NCBI GenBank assembly: GCA_030390025.1
Contig: CM059433.1
Location: forward strand, 20,772,001 to 20,836,000
Length of the DNA: 64,000 nt
From: Squalus acanthias
Lineage: Eukaryota
Reading direction: 5' to 3'
How positions within the stretch are numbered: the stretch's first letter is position 1; each line of letters starts with the position of its first letter. Below are positions 1-14,500 of the stretch, piece after piece. A model generated the notes under the pieces. That model saw only the letters and a program-made list of their open reading frames with translations. It did not search any database and was not told the origin of the DNA. The position numbers and the translations under genes are program-made.

Positions 1-190
1 GCTTAGAGGGCAGAATGGGTCCTTTTGTTTAACATCTTATCCAAAAGTTAGCCTCTCTGAAAGTGCAGCACTCCCTCAGTACTGCATTGAAGTGTTAGCT
101 CAGATTATGTGCTCAAGTCTCTGGAGTTGGGCTGGAACTCACAACCTACGAACTCAGAGACAAGAGTGCTGCCACCGAGTCAAGGTTGAT
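1..190 (-). mobile_element. Deu-domain tRNA-derived SINE (SacSINE1-like), partial
   Basis: Reverse complement of the SINE head and core seen at 31717 (gtgcagcactccctcagtactgca...gtgctcaagtctctggagt). Confidence 0.75.
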
Positions 191-2199
191 GTCTTGATGA
201 TATTGCTGATGTGTGAATTGTAAGAAAATATTGGAGTCCCTTAGGACTGTCTGTTCGAAGGTTCGAAGCTGACTCCACATTGGTAACAGTTATGATTTTA
301 TTTAAGCATAAGTGAGACATAATACATTACAGTATTTGAGCAGCAGTTTACAAAGTACAATTACGAATCATATTACCTGTTATAACTGTCCTAACTGTCC
401 TTTGGGTAGTAGGCGTGGCCCATTCCTCATTCCTTCTACTTGCATACATGTTTGCACCAGTCCGGATTGGTGCCCTTCCTGACCCTTCTACACTGAGATT
501 GACCCAAACCCACGAGGATATACCCCAAAAACCGGAACTACAGAAAGATCTGCATAATCATGTTTCTCCCATACCTCCCATTCTACCCAATCAGAAGCCC
601 GGCAAGATCTGTGGCCAGCACAGGCCTTGGGCCCTCCCTTATCTGAGCCCAGCACAAGCTTTTTCTGTTTCCATGGTGATGACGTAACCCAGAACCTTGG
701 TGACAATGGCTTCTGCTTAGAGTCTGGTATTTAACATACTTCAACCTAATTCTAACAGGAAGATCAAATTAAGAAAACTGTATTAACTTAATAAAAACTA
801 TAAACTGGCCATCGTAGTATTAAACTACGGTCTAGCAGATCTTAATACTGAAAATTAGTAAAAGGAATTTAGCTGGTTATGTTTCAACGACTCCCAGTAG
901 TTCAGACATTCCCACAAGAAGAAAGAGATAAGAGATAGAGCTGGAGATATGTAGGCAACTCGTGTTCTTTTCCTTACAAGTATATTTTCGCCATACAGAA
1001 GGCCATTTGTGACGCACCCAGCACCTGCGCTCTGCAAGCTGTGGATTTTGCAATATAGCAGTTCCAACAAACAGCTTGGGGGGGTCATTCAACCCTTGCA
1101 ATGCCTGATCCCTCAAAAATACCCTCAAAAGCCCATATTCTTACAGATTGTAGGAAAGCTAAAATCTGTCAAAGCATGTTTGCCATAACATTTGATTTAT
1201 TTTTCTCAAACAAACGTCATAGCGGAAAGATTGATCAGAAACTCAACTGTCAAGATCAGAATTGAGGGCCATATTTTCTTCTAGGAAAAAAATGGAGAAA
1301 TCTCTATTTCTAATCATTTTTTAGTTGTGAACAACCATCCAAATCAAGAGTTTGTACACTTTAGAAATATCTGATTGTTGGGAATGTAACTTCTTTTTGT
1401 GGAAAAGAAAATCACAGCTGGTCGCAATGCGCCTGCAATAATCCTTTAACACTTCTCAAGGAACTAATGAGCCACTTATCCAATATAAATGTCATAAAAG
1501 TTGATTATTCCAGCTGTGGAGTGTATAATCTTTCTGAAAAATGTCTCACTGATTGACAGACAAGGTGTGGACGCGTTAGTAGACTTTATTGTGGAGCATT
1601 GTGAGCAGATTTTCTGTGGGGGAGGACAGCCTCCAGCAAAGCAAAGAAGGCAACAAAGCATGTCAGAAAATAACGTTCAGGGCTGATGCACATCAAGGAC
1701 TTATCTGGCGCGGGGGGAACAGCATGACTTCAAAAAAGAACACCAAGTTACGGCAAGAATAATGCAGTGCATACTACACACAGAATGGAGCAAGTACGGT
1801 AGCAGAAGTGAAAATAGAATGGCTCACAAACTATGTTACTGAGGGAGTTAATTACATCATTTCAGAGTCCCGTGAAAGGACGGCTTTGAGCAGGAGACAG
1901 TGTGATATCTATTATAACTGTATTCAGTGCTGTTTTCAGTGGCGGAATGCTACAGGGAGTAATATAATGCAAAGCTTTCCTTTTATATTGTTTTGAAACA
2001 AATGAAGCATTAAAATAATAACTAGAAATTGCTGCTGACTATTTCATCAGAGGAAAATGCCTAACACACGCATATGACATCACTCTGTCCATTTAAAATA
2101 AAAGGGTTATTGTCAGTGTTAAAATAGTGGACATGAGAATGTTAAATGAATGAGTAAAACCATCCACTAATATGGTTAACAGTAGTCTTTAGTCTGATT

Positions 2200-2692
2200 T
2201 TTATTCACTCACGTCACTGGCAAGGCCAGCATTTATTGGCCATCCTTAATTGCCCTCGAGAAGGTGGTGGTGAGCCGCCTTCTTGAACCGCTGCAGTCCG
2301 TATGGTGAAGGTACTCACACAGTGCTGTTAGGGAGGGAGTTCCAGGATTTTGACCCAGCGATGATGAAGGAGCGGCGATATATTTCCAAGTCAGGATGGT
2401 GTGTGACTTGGAGGGGAACTTGGAGGTGATGGTGTTCCCATGCACCTGCTGCCCTTGTCCTTCTAGGTGGTAGAGGTCGCAGGTTTGGGAGGTGCTGTCG
2501 AAGAAGCGAGTTGCTGCAGTGCATCTTGTAGATGGTACACACTGCAGCCATGGTGCGTCGGTGGTGGAGGAAGTGGATGTTTAAAGTCGATTGGGTGCCA
2601 ATCAAGCGGGCTGCTTTGTTCGAGCTTCTTGAGTGTTGTTGGAGCTGCACTCATCCAGGCAAGTGAAGAGTATTCCATCACACTCCTGACTT
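2200..2692 (-). mobile_element. LINE family 2 (CR1/Jockey group) 3' fragment
   Basis: Near-identical reverse complement of 14005-14500; tail gggcaataaatgctggccttgccag. Confidence 0.75.
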
Positions 2693-3857
2693 GTCTGAAC
2701 TATGCCAGGAAATGAAGGCATGTCTCCATTTATCTGGTACTTCGTACATTTTCCTATTGTACATGTCTACCTAATTGAAACTTTATTGTATTGAATATCC
2801 ATAAATAAATGTACTGCAACCAAGCAGGATAATTAGCCTTCAATGTAGGACATGGTAAAGAGTTATTGGGCACAGGCTCGTCAGAAGACACGTCAAGAAA
2901 ACCAAGTGAAAGGGTCTCTTTCTGCCACAAAACATCATTCATCAAGGTGTCAAGCTGCACCAGGATGATGTTTGCTGTGGTTTAATGGTTGTAGATCTGT
3001 ACAAAAAAATTACTTTTACAGTGACACTACAATTTATATAATCTCACATATGCTTTGGGTCTGTGTATCAGTAACTATGTCGATGTGTCTGCAATACTCT
3101 AGTGGGCGAATAACATTTGAGTGGCTCTCGGTGTCACATGGTTAGCATGAGCCAATCAGATCCCAACATTGGCATATGCTAACTATAACACCATGGTGTA
3201 ATCAGTCTACATTGAACACATAAGGCACATTTTTTAAATGAGTTGTTATTTTTAAGGTTCTTCCCTAGTTTAATTTTTTTTCCTCCTGTGTAGCTAGGTC
3301 TTGACCTGCTCAACTTCTCCACTATGCTCATCCTGAATCTCCTTCCTGACTCCTCCTGAGTGCCATGTATGCTGAGGTCCTAACCCACTCAGCCTGCATG
3401 GACATTGCCTCTTTGTCCGGTCCTACCCAATCCTGATGGAGCCTTTTTGTCTGACCTGACTAGGTGTCCAGTCAGCTGCCTGAAATGACGGGGAGCGACT
3501 AGCAGCTACAGAACACGCCATTTTCCTGAATGATATATGCTGTAGCAGCCAGCCTCCCCTTTTTGCTCATCAGCTAGCAGCCTCCAGTCCTAAAACTCGC
3601 CTTCCTACACCCAGCCCTCTAGTACTGCGACCACAAGTAATGCCCCCGAGCTCCCGTGATCTTCTTTAAATTACCTTTTGTAAGAACTGTATGAAATTTT
3701 TCTGAAAATGCAAGTGGATTACATCCACTAAATAACCCTCTCTGGTTACTTCCTAAAACAATTCCATTAGTGTTATAAGATATCATGGCACTCAGGAGCA
3801 ATCGAGAAGGAGATTCAGGTTGGGCATAGTGGAGAAGTTGAGCAGGTCAAGACTTAA

Positions 3858-6800
3858 CTGTACGAGTTGGCTGGCTGTAACTAGTGGGGTACTGCCAGGA
3901 TCATTGCTTGGGCCTCAGCTATTTACAATCTATATTAATGACTTAGATGGGAGGACTGAGTGTAATGTATCCATGTTTGTTGACAATACAAAGCTAGGTG
4001 GGAAAGTAAGCTGTGAGGAAGATGCAAAGAGGCTGCAAAGGGATATAGACAGGTTAAGTGAGTGGGCAAGAACATGGCAGATGGAATATAATGTGGAGAA
4101 GTGTGAAGTTATCCACTTTGGTAGGAAAAATAGAAAAACAGAATATTTTTTAAATGGTGAGAGATTGAGAAATGTTGGTATTCAGAGGGACCTGGCAGGT
4201 ACAGCAAGCAGTTAGGAAAGCAAATAGTATGTTAGCCTTTATTACAAAGGGGTTGGAGTATAAGAGTACTGCAATTATATAGGGCCTTGGTGAGACCACA
4301 CCTGGAGTACTGTGTACAGTTTTGGTCTCCTTACCTAAGGAAGGATATACTTGCCTTAGAGGGAATATAACAAAGGTTCACTCGACAGATTCCTGGGATG
4401 AGGGGATTGTCCTATGAGGAGAGATTGAGTAGACTATGCCTATATTCCCAAGAGTTTAGAAGAATGAGAGGTTGATCTCATTGAAATATATCAAATTCTT
4501 AAGGGGCTTGACAGGGTAGATGCTGGGACGATGTTTCCCCTGGCTGGGGAGTCTAGAACCAGGGGTCACAGTCTCAGAATAAGGGGGCTGGCCATTTAGG
4601 ACTGAGATGAGGAGAAATTTATTCACTCAAAAGGTTGTGAATCTTTGGAATTCTCTATCCCAAAGAGCTGTGGATGCTCAGTCATTGAGTACATTCAAGA
4701 CAGAGAATCATAGAATGGTTACAGCATGGAAGAAGGCCATTCGGCCCGTCGAGCCCGTGCCGGCTCTCTGCAAGAGCACTTCAGCTAGTCCCACTCCCCT
4801 GCCCTTTCCCTGTATCCCTGCAAATTTCTTTCCTTCTATACTTATCCAACTCCCTTTTGAAAGCCGTGATTGAATCTGCTTCCACCACTCTTTCAGGCAG
4901 TGCATTCCAGATCTTAACCACTCGCTGCGTAAAAATGTTTTTTCTTATGTTGCCTTTGGTTCTTTTGCCAATCACCTTAAATCTGTGTCCTCTGGTTCTC
5001 AACCCTTCAGCCAATGGGAACAGTTTCTCTCTATCTACTCTGTCCAGACCCCTCATGATTTTGAACACTTCTATCAAATCTCCTTTCAATCTTCTCTGCT
5101 CCAAGGAGAACAACCCCAGCTTCTCCAGTCTATCAACGTAACTGAAGTCCCTCATTCCTGGAATCATTCTCGTAAATCTTTTCTGCACCCTCTCTAAGGC
5201 CTTCACATCCTTCCCAAAATGTGGTGCCCAGAATTGGATGCAGTACTCCTGTTGGGGCCGAACCAGTGTTTTATACAAGTTCATCATAATTTCCACACTT
5301 TTGTACTCTATACCTCTATTTATGAAGCCCAGGATCCCCTAAGCCTTTTTAACTGCTTTCTCAACCTGCCCTGCCGCCTTCAACGATTTTTGCACACATA
5401 CCCCCAGGTCTCTCTGTTCATGCACCCCCTTCAGGATTGTACCATTTCGTTTATATGTCCTCTCCTCATTCTTTCTACCAAAATGTATCACTTCACACTT
5501 TTCTCCGTTAAATTTCATCTGCCACGTGTCCGCCCATTTCACCAGCCTGTCTATGTCTTCCTGAAGTCTATCACTCTCCTCCTCATTGTTCACTATACTT
5601 CCAAGTTTTGTGTCATCTGCAAATTTTGAAATTGTGCTCTGTACACCCATGTCCAAGTCATTAATATATATCAAGAAAAGCAGTGGTCCTAGAACCGACC
5701 CCTGGGGAACACCACGGTATACCTTCCTCCAGTCCTAAAAACAACCGTTCACCACTACTCTTTCTTTCCTATCACTTAGCTAATTCCTTATCCATGCCGC
5801 CACTGTCCCTTTTATTCCATGGGCTTCAACTTTGCTGGCAAGCCTATTATGTAGCACTTTGTTGAACGCCTTTTGGAAATCCATGTAGACTACGTCAACT
5901 GCTTTAACCTTATTAACCCTCTCTGTCAAAGAACTCAATCAAGTTAGTTAAACACGATTTGCCTTTAACAAATCTGCGCTGGCTTTCCTTAATTAATCCA
6001 CACTTGTCCAAGTGACTGTTAATTTTGTCCCTGATTACTGTTTCTAAAAGCTTCCCCACTACTGAGGTCAAACTGACTGACCTGTAGTTGCTGGGTTTAT
6101 CTTTACACCCTTTTTTGAACAATGGTGTAACCTTTGCAATTCTCCAGTCCTCTGGCACCACCCCCGTATCTATGGAGGATTGGAATATTATGGCCAGTAC
6201 CTCCACGATTTCCTCCCTCAATTCCCTCAGCATCCTAGGATGCATCCCATCTGCTCCTGGTGATTTATCTACTTTAAGTACAGCCAGCCTTTCTAATACC
6301 TCCTCTTTATCAATTTTTATCCTATCAATTATTTCCACTACCTCTTCCTTCACTATGTCTATGGCAGCATCCTCTTCCTTGGTGAAGACAGATGCAAAGT
6401 ACTCATTTAGTACCTCAGCAATGCCCTCTGCCTCCATGCGTAGGTCTCCTTTTTGGTCCCCAATTGGCCCAACCCCTCCTCTTACTACCCTTTTACTATT
6501 TATATGCCTATAGAAGACTTTTGGATTACCTTTTATGTTAGCTGCCAGTCTATTCTCATACCCTCTCTTTGCCCCTCTTCTTTTCTTTTTCACTTCTCCT
6601 CTGATCTTTCTCTAGCCTGATTCTCAGATGTATTTGCAACCTGACATCTGTCATACACGCTCTTTTTCTGCTTCATCATATTCTCTATCTCTTTCGTCAT
6701 CCAGGGAGCCCTGACTTTAGTTGTCCTGCCTTTCCCCCTATTGGAAATGTACCTCAACTGTACCTGAACTATTTCCTCTTTAAAGGCAGCCCATTGTTCC

Positions 6801-7288
6801 ATTACAGTTTTGCCTGCCAATCTTTGATTCCACTTTACCCGGGCCAGATCCGTTTTCATCCCACTGAAATTGGCCTTCCCCCAGTTAAACATTTTTACTC
6901 TAGATTGCTCCTTGTCCTTTTCCATAGCTAATCTAAACCTTATGATACTATGATATTATGATCACTGTTCCCTAAATGTTCATCTACTAAAACTTGCTCC
7001 ACTTGACCTACCTCATTCCCCAGAACCAGATCAGCAATGCCTCCTCCCTCGTCGGGCCAGAATCATACTGATCAAGAAAGTTCTCCTGAACACACTTCAG
7101 AAATTCTTCCCCTTCTCTGCCCTTAATGGTAGATTTTTAAATACTAAGGGAATCAAGGGATATGGAAATAGTGCAGGAAGGTAGAGTTGAGGTAGAAGAT
7201 CAGCCATGATCTTATTGAATGCGGAGCAGGCATGAAGAGCCGAATGGCCTACTTCTGCTCCTATTTCTTATGTTCTTATGTTCTTATT
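3858..7288 (+). mobile_element. 5'-truncated CR1 LINE (RT C-terminus and 3' UTR), split by an opposite-strand CR1 at ~4706-7126
   Basis: ORF 3820..4215 has SGVLPGSLLGPQLFTIYINDL...FVDNTK. Sequence resumes at ~7127 and ends in a (ttcttatg)n tail. Confidence 0.9.
4706..7126 (-). mobile_element. CR1 LINE ORF2 fragment with frameshifts, nested in another CR1
   Basis: ORFs 6590..6925, 5913..6593 (KSPGADGMHPR, NYRSVSLTS), 5339..5674 (YINDLD, FADDTK) and 4781..5296; tail near 4706. Confidence 0.92.
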
Positions 7289-7770
7289 TGAGATATTATA
7301 GTTTCTAGATCTATGCTGACTTCAACAATGGCCCAAGTGCTATTTATCTGAAGATTGAAAGCATTTCATAAAATGCTTTTCACCATTTCATAAACTCAAG
7401 ATGTTAGACAAACATATCTCTACTTTCCTGATTTGTGCCTCAATCCTTAAATATCAAGATCATATTTGCAATATGCCTGAAATTCTCAGGTCCATCCCAC
7501 GTACTTATGGAGCAGCTATAAATATTAACCAGAGCTTCTCACTTACTAGCTCAGTTCCTCTGGATTTTGGGGATTTATTTTGTTTCATCCCAGTATATTG
7601 TAGATATTTATAGGGTATAATTGTGCTGTGTGATATTAATCTATGAGCATTTAATAAATTTGTATGAAATTCCTTTAATATTTTAATGGTGACATTAACC
7701 CATTTCTTAGGACAGTGTGTTAATCCAATGCGACACCACGCCCCCTATTAAAATAGTCTTAAAGAACTAG

Positions 7771-7854
7771 GGGGCAGATTTTATTATTCGCACCCCTGGT
7801 GCCAAGCTTCATGTGCTGGGATTTTCTGTCCATCATGTTCATAAAATCTACCCT
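7771..7854. mobile_element. 84-bp Harbinger-type MITE
   Basis: Ends GGGGCAGATTTTAT and ATAAAATCTACCCT; TAG on both flanks. Confidence 0.7.
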
Positions 7855-8149
7855 TAGATTTTTCTTCCGTTTTATTTTCTCATTCAACTCCCTTTGGAGT
7901 TTTCCTCATAGGCCAAAAGTTAGGTGTGTTCAAGTCTCAGTGACATTAGTGTTACTTTTGGCCTCGGACTTCATTACAACATCAACACCTAACTCTTTAC
8001 CCATCCCTGTCTCCAGTATTTATCCACATCCAGATTAATATTCATTTGTTAATAGCTTTGTTGCTTTTATCAGCATTGGTTTCTACCCAAATTGTTTGTG
8101 CTGCCTTCCTATTTGTTATTGTAATAGTTTCATATCATCCCTTATTAAT

Positions 8150-8410
8150 GAGGCCACACCTCCACTTTTGTTTTCCTTTGTGGGATGTGGGTGAGCTGAC
8201 AAGGTTGCATTCATTGCCCATCCCTTGTTGCTTTGAAAAAGTGGTGGCGGGTCTACCTCTTTAACCACTGCAGTCCTTCTAGTGATGGTTCTCCCACAAT
8301 GGTGCTCGGTCGGGAATTCCAGGATTTTGGACCAGTGACAGTGAAAGAGCACTGACATATGTCTAAGTTAGGATGGTGTGTGAGTTGGAAAGGAACTTGG
8401 GGGTGAATAG
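8150..8410 (-). mobile_element. Degenerate LINE family 2 3' fragment
   Basis: Diverged match to 2200-2430 (gaattccaggattttg...aggatggtgtgtga). Confidence 0.6.
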
Positions 8411-8465
8411 GTCTATCTTTTTAAAACACCATAACCTTTGATTTCCAATCTATGCTAACATCCAT

Positions 8466-9723
8466 GACCCGATATTTACTCGGATCCAGGAAGAGAGCTG
8501 GGGGAGGATTTTCGAGTGCAAAATATGGAAGTAAGGATTTCCCACACGTCCTGTAGAATTTAACGGCAGGACATCAATAAATTTTTTCAACAGGTTTCCC
8601 GCCCGACAGCCAGCCAAATTGACAGGTATTCTGTCTGTTGGGCTGGAAAGCAGTTGGAGAGCAGATGTCAGGTAAGTCTGACATCAGGGGAGAGGGGTTC
8701 AGATATCACGAGGCGAGTCGGACATTGCGGCAGGGGCGGGGGTGGTGGGTACGGACATCGCAGGGGAGTCGGACATCGCGGGGGGGTTACGGACATCGCG
8801 GGTGGTTACGGATATCGTGGGGGGGGAGTCGGACATCGCGGGGGGAGTCGGACATCGCAGGGGAGTCGGACATCGCGGGGGGGTTACGGACATCGCGGGG
8901 GGTTACGGATATCGTGGGGGGGGAGTCGGACATCGCAGGGGGAGTCGGACATCGCGGGGGAGTCGGACATCGCGGGGGAGTCGGACATCGCGGGGGAGTC
9001 GGACATCGCGGGGGAGTCGGACATCGCGGGGGAGTCGGACATCGCGGGGGGTTACGCACATCGTGGGGGAGTCGGACATCGCGGGGGAGTCGGACTTCGC
9101 GGGGGGGAGTCAGACAACGCGGGGGGTTACGGACATCGCAGGGGGAGTCGGACATCGCGGGGGGAGTCGGACATCGCGGGGGGAGTCGGACATCGCGGGG
9201 GGAGTCGGACATCGCGGGGGGAGTCGGACATCGCGGGGGGAGTCGGACATCGCGGGGGGAGTCGGACATCGCGGGGGGAGTCGGACATCGCGGGGGGAGT
9301 CGGACATCACGGGGGGAGTCGGACATCGCGGGGGGAGTCGGACATCGTGGGGGAGTCGGACATCGCGGGGGGGTCGGAATTACGGGGGAGTCGGACATCG
9401 TGGGGGAGTCAGACATCGTGGGGGGGGAGTCAGACATCGCGGGGGGAGTCAGACATCGCGGGGGGAGTCGGACATCGTGGGGGGAGTCGGACATCGCGGG
9501 AGGAGTCGGACATCGCAGTGGGATCACACTTTGCAGCGGGGGTACTGGGTACCAACATTGCGGGAGTGTCGGACATTGCAGCGGGGCGTACCGCGACCCG
9601 CCTCCATTAAAACTGGAAGTGGGAGGGTTGGAGGCAGGCTGGGGTCGGGTTTGGGAATTTAAAATATTTTTACCTACTCACCCGACCCCCAATCCACCCA
9701 TCCTTGGGGGTAAAAATCCCCCC
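8466..9723. mobile_element. Harbinger-type MITE carrying an expanded G-rich minisatellite
   Basis: Ends GACCCGATATTT and AAAAATCCCCCC, flanks CAT/CAC. Shares blocks with 45609-46412 (agccagccaNattgaNagg; taaaacYggaagtggg...ggggtcggg). Confidence 0.65.
8700..9585. repeat. Minisatellite, 19-20 bp unit ggagtcggacatcgcgggg(g), roughly 40-45 copies
   Basis: Visible tandem array with variable G-run length and a ggttacggacatcg variant. Confidence 0.95.
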
Positions 9724-9776
9724 CACACCTCAAGTGTCTGTGAATGCCAATGTTGTCAATAATATATTTTATATTA

Positions 9777-10110
9777 AGTGTCAGCTGTGGCTCAGAGGGT
9801 CGCACTCTTGCCTCTGAGTTAGACGGTTGTCCCATTCCAGAGACTTGAGCACAAAATCTAGGTTGACACTCCAGTGCAGTACTGAGGGAGTGCTGCATTG
9901 TCGAGGTGCTGTTTTTTGGATGAGATGTTAAACTGAGTGTACCTTCTCAGGTGAACGCAAAAGATCCTATGGCACTATTCGAAGAAGAGCTGGGGAGTTC
10001 TCCCCGGTGTCCTGACCAATGCTTAACCCTCAATCAACATCACTACCACAGATTATCCGGTCATTATCACATTGCTGCTTGTGGGACCTTGCTGTACTCA
10101 AATTCGCCAG
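9777..10110 (+). mobile_element. Deu-domain tRNA-derived SINE
   Basis: gtgtcagctgtggctcag head; core gagatgttaaac...aaagatcctatggcactattcgaagaagag. Confidence 0.8.
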
Positions 10111-10702
10111 AGTTGTAGTTCTTCTGACTTTATTCAGCCCGTTGTCAATGTACTGCCTACTTCAAAATCACAGCGCCCCAGTGAAACAAAGGGAGAAACC
10201 TAACAATAATGGCCAGAGATCTATTCACGACTATTGTATTTGAAAGTTGTACAATTCCTAGAGACGTGCTGAATGGCAGTTCAGAATATAGAATACTTAC
10301 CAACACTGACAGGTATTCTTTGTTAATGAAATAAAGGTAATGGTTTTCACTTGACCAGGTACCAGTTGTGTTGATTCCTGACTGCTGAATCCTCTGTAGT
10401 GTTACTCCAATTCAAACATCAATTCAATCCCTAGTTAGTCAATCTTAGAAGCAAATACACACCTTTGATACGATAGTTAGACCCAGATTATTTAATGTTA
10501 TATACGTTGCACCATTACATTTCAATTCCATATGCATTTTCATGAATGCTTTCTTCAATAATAGTTAGATAAAAAGTATTGTGTATTTGAGAGTTCTGTG
10601 AATCTACATGAAATTCTTAACCATAGAGCAATTTTTATATTTTATTGAGAAAATGTTGTCAGTCATGAAATAAATTGTTTCAGCACTGAGCAGAAAATGT
10701 GA

Positions 10703-11047
<345 letters not shown>

Positions 11048-14004
11048 TAGTGGGTTATTTTTCACACAAAAAAGGAGCTTGGAGAAGATTACCTTAAATG
11101 TTTTCAATTTACATGAATTGCGAATGATTTTGAAGATCTGTTGAAGGATTGCAGCTAAAATGTGATTGTATGCCTGCATTGAAAAAAAATCTATGCAAAA
11201 TAATATCCTGTTGGCTTGATTAATGACTAACTCAACTATTCTTGTAAAATCGGATGAGAGGGTTTGCCAGATATATTTAGTTGATGCTTTGATCGCAATC
11301 CTGTTTACTCTGAGACTGCTGGTTGTTGTTGAATTCTTGCCATGACGTTTAAGTTCAATATTGCTGTATGTGGTTTGCATAAGCAGCAATCGGCTTTCTT
11401 CTGTACTATGACAGAGCAGAATGGCAAAGGACGCCACTGGTAAACTCTGGGATCTTTTGGCCATTTGCCTTGAAATTTCAGTCAGGTTTCTTCTTAAAAC
11501 TTTGGTCTCTCCAGATGTCTCTTGTCAGGGACAGGAATCCGTTTGCCTAAAATCGATTGCTTACTTGAGAGAATTGACAGTTGTCGCACTGCAATATCTA
11601 CATAGTCAAATTGAAGTTGATTAAAAACCTCTTTTCTAACTTCTTACATTCTGACACTCCCCAGAAACTCTGTTGCAACATCACCTGAATATCTGGGCTA
11701 AAGCTGAGGTTTTAATTTGTCATTCTTTGCGTTTTCTACCACAAAGCTCAGTGACAATAAGCTGCCCAAAAGCTGGGTTACACCAACATTAGAGAAATCT
11801 TAAATGTGTTTTTGATGTATGAGTATACTTGCAATGCGTGATTTGGATTTTGTCACTGAGTAAAATTAATGTTTCTTTACAATCAGGTGTTAAAATAATA
11901 TTGCAGGAGATTGAACGGAGCTTCTGGGTCAATCATGCAGATTTCAATTCTCCATATTGCCTCAATTCCAAATATTAATGAGAGTAATTTGGAAATTGGT
12001 GTAGTAATAACTTTCAGCTAATCTTCTGAAGGTCAATTAAAGAGAGATTTTTCAGGCATTGATCATTTACACTGCACTTCATGCTCTGACAGTTGTTTCC
12101 ATGTATTTACTTGAAGGGTTGTACTATAAATCAAGTAACTGATTACATTACTTTAATTTTTTTAATATGGGAAGAAAACAGTGGCCTTATTCTTAATGCC
12201 AACCTGATAATCACAACAGATAAGCCAATCATACAGCTATTACAGACATTCAGGAAGGTGACAATGTTGAAACTACCATGACACCACATTTATCTGTGAA
12301 CTCATCTGGTTTTCCTGATAGTAAATCATGCTGAATAAAGGTGATTTTTTTTCTCACGTGATGAGGGTTAACTTTCACTCTTGTGACAATGCCAAGCATT
12401 GGCGGAGTGGGCCATTGGCAGGATACTTGTGAGCATGGTTTGCTCCTGAACCTCATGATTGGATGGCTCTTCATATTGCACCAGTTCACATTTCCATTTG
12501 GGTTTGTTACATTTCTTAAAGCACCTTCTCGCGTGCCACACACTGTTTCGTAATGGAGTGAGGTAGGTACACGACTTTCTCCAAAGCACTTGTTTAAGCA
12601 GCTTCTAGACTCGATGTGTAAAAGTGGTCCGGGGTTCAAATCTCAACCTCAAGAGTCACGCAGACTCTTCAGTGGGTGAGGTTTTCAGCTGGTAATCAAA
12701 TAGAGCACCTCATGATTGCAGAGCACTATTGTAATGGAAGCAGAAGAGGCAATATTGACCAAACTAATGCTTGGCCATATGAAAGTCTGTAGCTGAGCTG
12801 ATCCTCCACTCCAGACTGTCAGGATGTGACGCTGCTGACAAGGATAAAACTTGAGATACCATATTCTCTGTTAATTACAAAAACAAAGAGGTGTGACTTT
12901 CTCAACAGTTACATGTTTATGATTTCCAAACTGTCACAATTCTTTATCAATGCATCTTCAATTTAGGGAAAAGTCATCTCACAACTTTAAAAATGTTATG
13001 CAATAAACAACAGAAATGATCAATTAATTCATTATTTTGTTGGTGATAATTCTAAAACAGTTATTTAATGAAAGCAATTCATTTAAACATTGGAATTGAT
13101 TGTGCAAACTGCTAACTGTTGTCTAGTTGTCGAACAATAATAGGCTGAGACAGAAGTTGTCATCTGAATATTGCAATGTGTATTCATCCTGTATCACACT
13201 TTGTTGTTTCTCGAATGTGCTCATCCATATGCCTCACATTAGCCTGAATACTATCCAGAAATACTCAAAGCGATACAATTCATACAGCATTGTGCACACC
13301 AAGACCAAGAATCCTAGGTCTCCTTATCTAATGTACCTAAACTGCTACCAAAACTGGAGCAGGGACCAAATCAGAGCATAGCCTTATCCCTGATGTTAAA
13401 GGTCTGTCACAGTCCCTGGGATTGTGTCTCTTCTAGTAACTGGCCAGCCCCAAACGCTACTGGCAGTGACTTTCTATAATGGCGTAGATCGAGTGGGTGG
13501 CAGGTGGAGCGTCTGTTATTCCCGCCGGATGCAGTCAGCAGGAAGGCTTGAACAGTTTTCACGGTTGGACCTCATTTACTTGCAAGAGGCAAGTTGCCTG
13601 CGTTAGTTGCACTGCATATAGGCAGCTCAACAGTTGTAAGGCCGTGACATCCACAGGGGCAACCGATCATCGTGGGCTTGTGGCAGCACCTCAAATGGGA
13701 AGGGTAGAAGCATCAGGAGTGGAACAGAGCAGCAGTTTTCAGCAGCAGGGAGAATAGTGAAAGCCTTTAAAGCTCAAAATGAGGGACTGCAGCAAAGTGT
13801 TGCCTATATTAATGAGGCCTCTGCCTATTTCCGGCAGGGATGCTGGCCACCTAAATTGAAATCCACCTGAAAATTGGAATGGCTGGCCTCCAACAGGATG
13901 TTAGTGGACCTTTTTTTTCTCCAATTTTTCCCCTGCTATCATTCCGTTTACTGAGCGGTAACCAGATGAAAATAGCCCACTCACTACCTGACTCCCAGGC
14001 TTTT

Positions 14005-14500
14005 AATAAGTTACATAAGTTCCAACAACACTCAAGAAGCTCGACACCATCCAGGACAAAGCAGCCCGCTTGATTGGCACCCCATCCACCACCTTAAACA
14101 TTCACTCCCTCCACCACCGGCGCACCGTGGCTGCAGTGTGTACCATCTATAAGATGCAGTGCAGCAACTCGCCAAGGCTTCTTCGACAGCACCTCCCAAA
14201 CCCGCGACCTCTACCACCTAGAAGGACAAGGGCAGCAGGCGCATGGGAACACCACCACCTCCAAGTTCCCCTCCAAGTCACACATCATCCTGACTTGAAA
14301 ATATATCGCGTTCCTTCATCGTCGCTGGGTCAAAGTCCTGGAACTCCCTCCCGAACAGCACTGTGGGAGTACCTTCAATTCATGGACTGCAACAGCTCAA
14401 GAAGGCAGCTCATCACCACCTTCTCAAGGGTAATTAGCGATGGGCAATAAATGCTGGCCTTGCCAGCAATGCCCACATCCCAGGAATGAATTAAAAAAAA
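14005..14500 (+). mobile_element. LINE family 2 3' fragment
   Basis: ORF 14070..14450 IHSLHHRRTVAAVCTIYKM; tail gggcaataaatgctggccttgccagcaatgcccacatcccaggaatgaattaaaaaaaa. Confidence 0.8.

Noticed and set aside
8638..9762. Long ORFs (246-374 aa) in several frames
   Set aside because: Artefacts of a stop-free tandem repeat.
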